A stretch of 12,337 nucleotides of DNA from Flectobacillus sp. (lineage in GTDB: Bacteria; Bacteroidota; Bacteroidia; Cytophagales; Spirosomataceae), in contig JALRIJ010000085.1 of NCBI GenBank assembly GCA_023255485.1, positions 1 to 12,337 on the forward strand. The letters are read 5' to 3'. Of this stretch, positions 7,818 through 12,337 are shown in pieces; the first letter of the stretch is position 1; each line of letters starts with the position of its first letter. The notes under the pieces are model-generated. The model was not told where the DNA came from and searched no databases. It saw only the letters and a program-made list of their open reading frames with translations. The position numbers and the translations under genes are program-made.

Positions 7818-7964
7818 ATAACATTATAATACTAAGTTGTGTAGAGAATTAACAAGAAGATTCTTAAGCGAAGATTGAAGCCACCAAGGGCAAGTGATAG
7901 TTTTTTTATTTTGGTAGTTCAATTTACAGTTTTAAAACAAGATAAGAAAACTCCGACTTTACTA

Positions 7965-7996
7965 TTTGCTCCTAAAATGAGTGAACGGTATTTTTG
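7965..7996 (+). promoter_or_regulatory. Candidate sigma-A promoter for the membrane-protein gene: TTTG (7965-7968), then 20 bp, then TATTTTTG (7989-7996).
   Basis: Both halves of the Bacteroidota consensus (-33 TTTG / -7 TAnnTTTG) are present at canonical spacing. The implied TSS is near 8003, giving a ~235-nt leader before the ATG at 8238. Confidence 0.4.
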
Positions 7997-8072
7997 AAGG
8001 TATTTGAGATTTATAAACTAAAAAATAAGCTATTACAAGCTCTTTTTCTTTACTACTCCTAGAAGAATCTGC

Positions 8073-8129
8073 TTTGTCAAACATCCCAAATACCACTGAT
8101 ACTCCCTGTTTTTTGTCAAATCTCCCAAA
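8073..8129 (+). promoter_or_regulatory. Two tandem 18-nt direct repeats, TTTGTCAAAcaTCCCAAA (8073-8090) and TTTGTCAAAtcTCCCAAA (8112-8129), with starts 39 bp apart, in the leader/promoter region of the membrane-protein gene.
   Basis: 16 of 18 positions are identical. The repeats sit 109 bp upstream of the 8238 ATG and about 76 bp downstream of the -7 element at 7989-7996. The 39-bp phasing, close to four helical turns, is typical of direct-repeat operator sites. Confidence 0.4.
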
Positions 8130-8237
8130 AGGTTGTTCTATAGCCCTATTACTTGACTTAGCTCTTCTGACCTCCCTACCTTTGTCTCAGTCAACCAGTA
8201 AATACCTCCAACACAATTCAATATAACACTCAATATC

Positions 8238-8894
8238 ATGGACACATTCTTACATTACGTACTTTATTTACACATCCTTTCAGGCTTTACCGCTTTAGTT
8301 GTCGGACTCATTCCTATGTTTAGCCAGAAAGGCGGAAAGGCTCATATTCTATGGGGAAAAGTTTACTATTGGGCTATGTTTTTAGTAGCTCTTACGGCAT
8401 TACTCCGCTTCAAACCTGAAGTACGTCTAGTCTTTTTAGGTTGCATTGCCGTGTTTAGTTTTTACAATACCTTCACAGGAGTACGCCTTATCAAGTTAAA
8501 AAATCAAGTCACTCAAGCAGGGTGGCAAGACTGGTTAGGAGCCTACCTAGCCTTAGGATGTAGCCTGTTAATGGGAGCTTATGCCGTTTATGTAGTAGTG
8601 GCATATAGCAATGTCTTCTTTGGAATTTTATTCACCGTCTTTGGAGCTTTTTGTATGCTACTAGCCGTGACAGATTTGTTGGTTTTTTCGGGTAAAAAAA
8701 GCGTAGAAAAACTCCATTGGTTATATGGACACATCAGCAGAATGGGTGGGTCTTACATTGCTACGGTAACCGCTTTTTTGGTAGTAAACAACAAAGGACT
8801 AGTACCTGATTTGATGGCATGGATTGCCCCTGGAGTCATTGGTGGAATCATTATTGGAAGGGTAACAAAGGCCTATAAAAAGAAGGTGGCTTAA
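8238..8894 (+). CDS. Hypothetical integral membrane protein of 218 aa with about 6 predicted TM helices.
   Basis: Hydrophobic segments alternate with short loops (LHILSGFTALVVGLIPMF; YYWAMFLVALTALL; VFLGCIAVFSFYNTF; LGAYLALGCSLLMGAYAVYVVVAY; FGILFTVFGAFCMLLAV; SYIATVTAFLVV; IAPGVIGGIIIG). The C-terminal KAYKKKVA is positive-inside. I do not recognise the family. Confidence 0.65.
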   Translation: MDTFLHYVLYLHILSGFTALVVGLIPMFSQKGGKAHILWGKVYYWAMFLVALTALLRFKPEVRLVFLGCIAVFSFYNTFTGVRLIKLKNQVTQAGWQDWLGAYLALGCSLLMGAYAVYVVVAYSNVFFGILFTVFGAFCMLLAVTDLLVFSGKKSVEKLHWLYGHISRMGGSYIATVTAFLVVNNKGLVPDLMAWIAPGVIGGIIIGRVTKAYKKKVA

Positions 8895-9059
8895 CTATGG
8901 GGAGCTTCCTATTTTGACAATGGACTAACACCCATTGCTGAGACATATCGCCCTCACAGGGCTACCGAAGTCGTTTTACTTATAGTGAAATCCTAGGTAG
9001 CAACTAAGGATATTACCACAAAATTTGTCAGAGAATCAACTGTTTTTGTATAAAGAATA

Positions 9060-9109
9060 AACTATTCCATTTAACAGGTAAATGAATTCACCCGCTAAAT
9101 GGAATAGTT
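9060..9109. repeat. Stem-loop element H3. It has a perfect 14-bp outer stem (9060-9073 / 9096-9109) around a 22-nt core, ACAGGTAAATGAATTCACCCGC. A T-rich tract follows on the minus strand, so it may also terminate the flotillin gene.
   Basis: AACTATTCCATTTA pairs with TAAATGGAATAGTT. The core aligns with the H1 core: AACAGG...TGAA...CACCyGCTAA. The flanks CCATTT/AAATGG are identical to H2. On the minus strand the hairpin is followed by TTATTCTTTAT. Confidence 0.65.
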
Positions 9110-9213
9110 GGTCAGTTAAAGCTACTATTTCTGCACCAAGATGATGGTAACCTATTGACTTTGAACACCTCCTGATAACAGATATACTAATAACGTATTG
9201 TTGCTCAGAACTA

Positions 9214-11121
9214 TTAATTTGCACTTACATTTTCTCCACCCTCCTCTTTATCAACTTGCTTTTTCTTGGTCATTTCTTCCATTAAACGCAAGCCTAACAG
9301 ACCGCTCAAAGCACCATTTTGGTCATTATTTCCTCCTGTAATTAAAATATCTGGAATGACCTTGATTCGTTCTCTACCGATACTTTCCGTGATTTTCAGC
9401 TGCGTAAAGTTGTCTCCACCCATCGCAGAAACGGCCAATTGATATGCTTCGGCATCAGCTTTACCAATGGCTAAGATTTTCTCCGCTTCGGCAGCACCCG
9501 TCTTACTGATTTTTTCAGCTTCGGCATTAGCAAGTAACTTTATTCGTTCCGATTCGGCACTGGCTTGTAATTTCACCCGTTCTGCCTCTGCTCCTGCTTG
9601 TAGCTTCAAGCTTTGAGCCTCCCCTTGTGCTTTTTTCACGGCTGCATCAGCAACTCTTTCAGCAATAACAACTCCTTGATCGGCTTTCACAATATCCTTC
9701 TGAATTTCGGCAATGGCGGTTTCTTTCTCTAAAGCCTGACGAGTTTCTTGTGCCATTTTTTGCGTATCATAAGTTACCTTTTGCTCTTCGGCTAACTTAC
9801 GGTCAGTTAAGGTTTTCATCAACGATTCTGGCGGAACAATATCCCCTATCAGCGTATCTACGGCATTGACATTATATTGAGAAAGCACTTCGCCAATGTA
9901 TTTCCGAGCCGTTTCCTGACGTTGGGTACGAGAACCCAAGAACGAAATTACATCAGAGCCTTGTGCCGAGTTACGGAAATAGTTACCAATCGTCGGCTCT
10001 AACACCTGACTCACCAAATTGTGCATATTCCCGAAACGAGCAATCACTTTGGGAGCTTCGTAATTAGGAATGTGGATAATCTGCGACACGTCCAAATTAA
10101 AAGGGAATCCATCTTTTGAACGCACCGTAATGGTCGAAAGGTTTTTATCTAATTGGTGCGATTCTGATCTTGCACTCGCCCAGTTGAGTACCAAGTTGGT
10201 CGTTGGCACTAATTCAATTTTTTGAACAAAGGTATTCACTGGATATTTCCCAGGGCCAAGCGGTTCTGTCCACACCCCTTTGTACCCTTTTGAAACAATA
10301 TTTCCATGTTTAAATTCTGTTCCACTGATGTCTTCACCATCTTCGCCCACATACGAAATCACGACCCCCACATACCCAATCGGAATTTCGGTCATGTGGA
10401 TTTCTTCTACCTTCACAAACCACGGGTTTAAGTTATAAGACCCTGCCAAGACGACCTGCTGTTGAAGCCCTTTATTCCCTCCGCCATTCAAAAAAGCATC
10501 TACGTCTTGAAAATTATTGTGCCCATCAATTGACTTACCCGAAATTTGTCCTGCCTCAATAGAAGCACCGTCCAAGGTCGTCACAATCCCAACCATATTT
10601 TCTTGAATTTCTGTTAAATCCGTCAACTGTACTTCAAACAATAAGGTATTTATTCGGTACGAACCAGCCGTTATAATAGCCGTTTGTCGCCCTTTTCTAC
10701 CCCCATTTTTCAAGAATGCTTCCGTATCTTGAAAGCTATCACATTCGATTTTACGGCCTAGAATACGACCTGTTTCCAACTCTTTTCCATCACGTGCCAA
10801 GACCAGCCCAATTTTACCCGTAGGAATCACCGTCAGAGGCTGTAAGGTAATGTCATACTGCCAAATCCAATACCAGAAATAAATCCCAGGAGATAGCGGT
10901 TTTGCCTGATAACCCGCTTCGCCTTCGGTGGCAAAAATACGCCCATCGGGTAGTTCTTTTTTATCGCCAAACAAGACAAACTTCTTCGTTACCAGCCCAA
11001 TACGGTCTTCTGGAACGATGATAATACCCAATAAACGAAAGATAAATTTGTAAAAAATTAGGCAAAACAAGGGAACTGCAATGCCAATGATGGAAGTAAT
11101 AGAAAGGCTCATTTTCAACAA
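9214..11121 (-). CDS. SPFH-domain / flotillin-family membrane protein (band 7, YqiK/FloT-like). It has an N-terminal membrane anchor, an internally duplicated beta-rich segment and a C-terminal Ala/Glu-rich coiled coil.
   Basis: The 635-aa ORF begins with the hydrophobic N-terminus SIIGIAVPLFCLIFYKFIF. The SPFH core follows. The C-terminal region carries flotillin-type EA repeats (AEAERVKLQASAESERIKLLANAEAEKISKTGAAEAEKILAIGKADAEAYQ). Residues ~120-165 (ECDSFQDTEAFLKNGGRKG...) are repeated at ~200-245 (GHNNFQDVDAFLNGGGNKG...). Confidence 0.85.
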   Translation of the reverse strand: MLKMSLSITSIIGIAVPLFCLIFYKFIFRLLGIIIVPEDRIGLVTKKFVLFGDKKELPDGRIFATEGEAGYQAKPLSPGIYFWYWIWQYDITLQPLTVIPTGKIGLVLARDGKELETGRILGRKIECDSFQDTEAFLKNGGRKGRQTAIITAGSYRINTLLFEVQLTDLTEIQENMVGIVTTLDGASIEAGQISGKSIDGHNNFQDVDAFLNGGGNKGLQQQVVLAGSYNLNPWFVKVEEIHMTEIPIGYVGVVISYVGEDGEDISGTEFKHGNIVSKGYKGVWTEPLGPGKYPVNTFVQKIELVPTTNLVLNWASARSESHQLDKNLSTITVRSKDGFPFNLDVSQIIHIPNYEAPKVIARFGNMHNLVSQVLEPTIGNYFRNSAQGSDVISFLGSRTQRQETARKYIGEVLSQYNVNAVDTLIGDIVPPESLMKTLTDRKLAEEQKVTYDTQKMAQETRQALEKETAIAEIQKDIVKADQGVVIAERVADAAVKKAQGEAQSLKLQAGAEAERVKLQASAESERIKLLANAEAEKISKTGAAEAEKILAIGKADAEAYQLAVSAMGGDNFTQLKITESIGRERIKVIPDILITGGNNDQNGALSGLLGLRLMEEMTKKKQVDKEEGGENVSAN

Positions 11122-11353
11122 AAGGTTTTAGTTGTTTTTCGTTTCTCAAAGCGAGATTCGTGCCTCAAAGGTGTGCGAAAAGTAGGTTCATTATTCCGAA
11201 ATGTGAAGAGTGGTTTTGGAATGGGTTAAGTGGATTTTTTTGGATAAAAGTAGCATTTCAAAAGTGATTTTATAGAATCTTTGAAAGCAAATTTTGCAAG
11301 ACGAAAACATTCCATTTCCTTTGTACTTCAAAACTAAACTTAAATATCTACTC

Positions 11354-12337
11354 ATGTTTAAACGTCTATTACTCACCATCCTCACTTTGTTTCTATGTAA
11401 ATTAGTCGTTGGTCAAAGTATTTCGTCGAACTCACCACTTTGTTCAGATAACGCTCCTACCTTAGAACTAAAAGCAACGGGTGGCAACACCTACGCTTGG
11501 ACAGGCCCTAATGGATTTACCTCCTCCCTCCAAAACCCAAGCATTACCAAAGCTAGCACCTCTCAGGCAGGTACCTACACCTGTATCATTAATGGGAAAA
11601 CAACGCTAACTACCAATGTGAAAATTGGGTCTTATAATAGTAGTACAGGTATATCCTATTATACCTCCAACGCTCAGTTATTGGTCTATGCTTACAATAA
11701 TTCCATCGATATAAGTGGATTTTCCTTTGATTGGACAGGGCCTAACAATCTTAAAAATACCTCTAGTCGTGTTACAATCAATGGCTATGAGAAAACCAAT
11801 GCAGGGACTTATGCAGTTACAATCAAAGACGACTTTGGATGTAGTTATACAAAGTCAACTAATGTAACAATTAATGACTGTTCTTACAAGCCTTTTATTT
11901 ATTATGGCATTTCTGATAAAAGCGGAATAGAGGACAGGAGTGACAATACTGGCAATCCTCCAAACTTATATGTCTGTGACGGAGCCAGCGCTCGCTATCG
12001 TGTAGATACTACCTACTGGGGAAATAATGTAAAAATTCAATGGTTTAAAAATGGCCAGGCTATTGACAAGGCGACTGGTTTAACCTATACAAGTAGCGAG
12101 GCGGCTACCTTCTATGCCCAACTTACAAAAGGTAGTTGTGTTTACAAGACTCAAAAGTTATCCATTCAGAATGTTATTCCTAAACCTTCCGTTTATACGA
12201 ATGATAGCTTCTTAGGTTCTACTAGTATCTGTTCAAAAGGTGATACGATTACTCTATACGCATCAAATAGCGTTACGATACTTGCAGGCAGTCGCAGTTA
12301 TCAGTGGTTTAAGGATGGAAAAAAGATTTACGATGGC
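11354..12337 (+). CDS. Secreted surface protein made of tandem Ig-like (immunoglobulin-fold) repeats. It is 3'-truncated by the window edge, with 328 codons present. It is probably a large adhesin or gliding/T9SS-type cell-surface protein.
   Basis: The ATG at 11354 follows an in-frame TGA at 11282. The signal peptide is MFKRLLLTILTLFLCKLVVGQ. A repeated motif C..xxxL.AxGGxxYxWTGPNGF...AGTYTC recurs (…DWTGPNNLKN…AGTYAVTIKDDFGC…; …SRSYQWFKDGK…). The frame is open to the last base of the window. Confidence 0.75.
   Translation, partial: MFKRLLLTILTLFLCKLVVGQSISSNSPLCSDNAPTLELKATGGNTYAWTGPNGFTSSLQNPSITKASTSQAGTYTCIINGKTTLTTNVKIGSYNSSTGISYYTSNAQLLVYAYNNSIDISGFSFDWTGPNNLKNTSSRVTINGYEKTNAGTYAVTIKDDFGCSYTKSTNVTINDCSYKPFIYYGISDKSGIEDRSDNTGNPPNLYVCDGASARYRVDTTYWGNNVKIQWFKNGQAIDKATGLTYTSSEAATFYAQLTKGSCVYKTQKLSIQNVIPKPSVYTNDSFLGSTSICSKGDTITLYASNSVTILAGSRSYQWFKDGKKIYDG

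Noticed and set aside
7868-7915. GAAGCCACCAAGGGCAAG followed by a T7 run, superficially like the SRP/4.5S RNA helix-8 motif (GGAAGCAGCCAAGGCAG) or a terminator
   Set aside because: I could not draw a convincing helix. The flanks do not form the SRP Alu/S-domain stems, and the resemblance covers about 10 nt only. This should be settled by an Rfam scan, not by eye.
7606-8237. Possible tRNA, tmRNA or RNase P RNA in the long ORF-free region
   Set aside because: There is no GTTCRANYC T-loop, no tag-peptide reading frame ending in ALAA-stop, and no RNase P P4 consensus.
8948-8975. Small hairpin GCCCTCACAGGGC followed 10 nt later by GTCGTTTTA, a possible terminator of the membrane-protein gene
   Set aside because: The stem is only 5 bp and the U-tract is not adjacent. 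H3, 90 bp further on, is a more plausible structure, but neither is proven.
9036-9224. 62-aa minus-strand ORF
   Set aside because: It spans the H3 palindromic hairpin and the flotillin stop. The palindrome inflates ORF length artificially, and there is no coding signal.
10961-11149. 62-aa minus-strand ORF overlapping the flotillin start in another frame
   Set aside because: It overlaps the start of the 635-aa flotillin CDS out of frame, so it is spurious.
11191-11385. 64-aa minus-strand ORF in the flotillin/Ig-protein divergent spacer
   Set aside because: It overlaps the start codon and signal-peptide codons of the + strand Ig-like gene. It is AT-rich promoter DNA with no conserved features.
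1-12337. CRISPR array, transposase or integrase, or defence island
   Set aside because: The only repeats are 2-3 diverged copies of 50-75-bp elements with non-uniform spacing and no unique spacers. No ORF has DDE, tyrosine- or serine-recombinase, Cas or restriction-enzyme motifs.

Overview
This looks like a chromosomal housekeeping region from a Bacteroidota genome of roughly 40% GC. The protein architectures are typical of Flavobacteriia/Cytophagia: a TPR/TolB-like/OmpA-family outer-membrane protein, and a GH3-family enzyme. The +33 TTTG / -7 TAnnTTTG promoter logic of the phylum also fits. Gene order is: prfA (5'-partial, +), GH3-family adenylating enzyme (-), rnhB (-), a divergently transcribed TPR/TolB-like/CarbopepD_reg/OmpA-C lipoprotein-like protein (+), ruvB (+), a small TM+CxxC...CxxC protein (-), a ~630-bp ORF-free AT-rich spacer, a 6-TM membrane protein (+), an SPFH/flotillin-family protein (-) and the 5' part of a secreted Ig-like repeat surface protein (+). 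I found no transposase, integrase, CRISPR array, tRNA or recognisable defence gene. The novel content is non-coding. (i) Three stem-loop elements have a conserved ~22-nt core centred on TGAA but completely different, perfectly base-paired outer stems. All three sit between convergent genes. (ii) A separate ~75-bp bipartite repeat (TTTTCTAGTA...50 bp...AATTCYnTACTnnCAA) occurs three times; two copies bracket the hairpin pair in the prfA/GH3 spacer. (iii) A long imperfect hairpin downstream of ruvB has wobble pairs that are only valid on the + strand. (iv) Tandem 18-nt direct repeats sit in the long leader of the membrane-protein gene. All functional assignments rest on motifs I recognised by eye, not on database searches.
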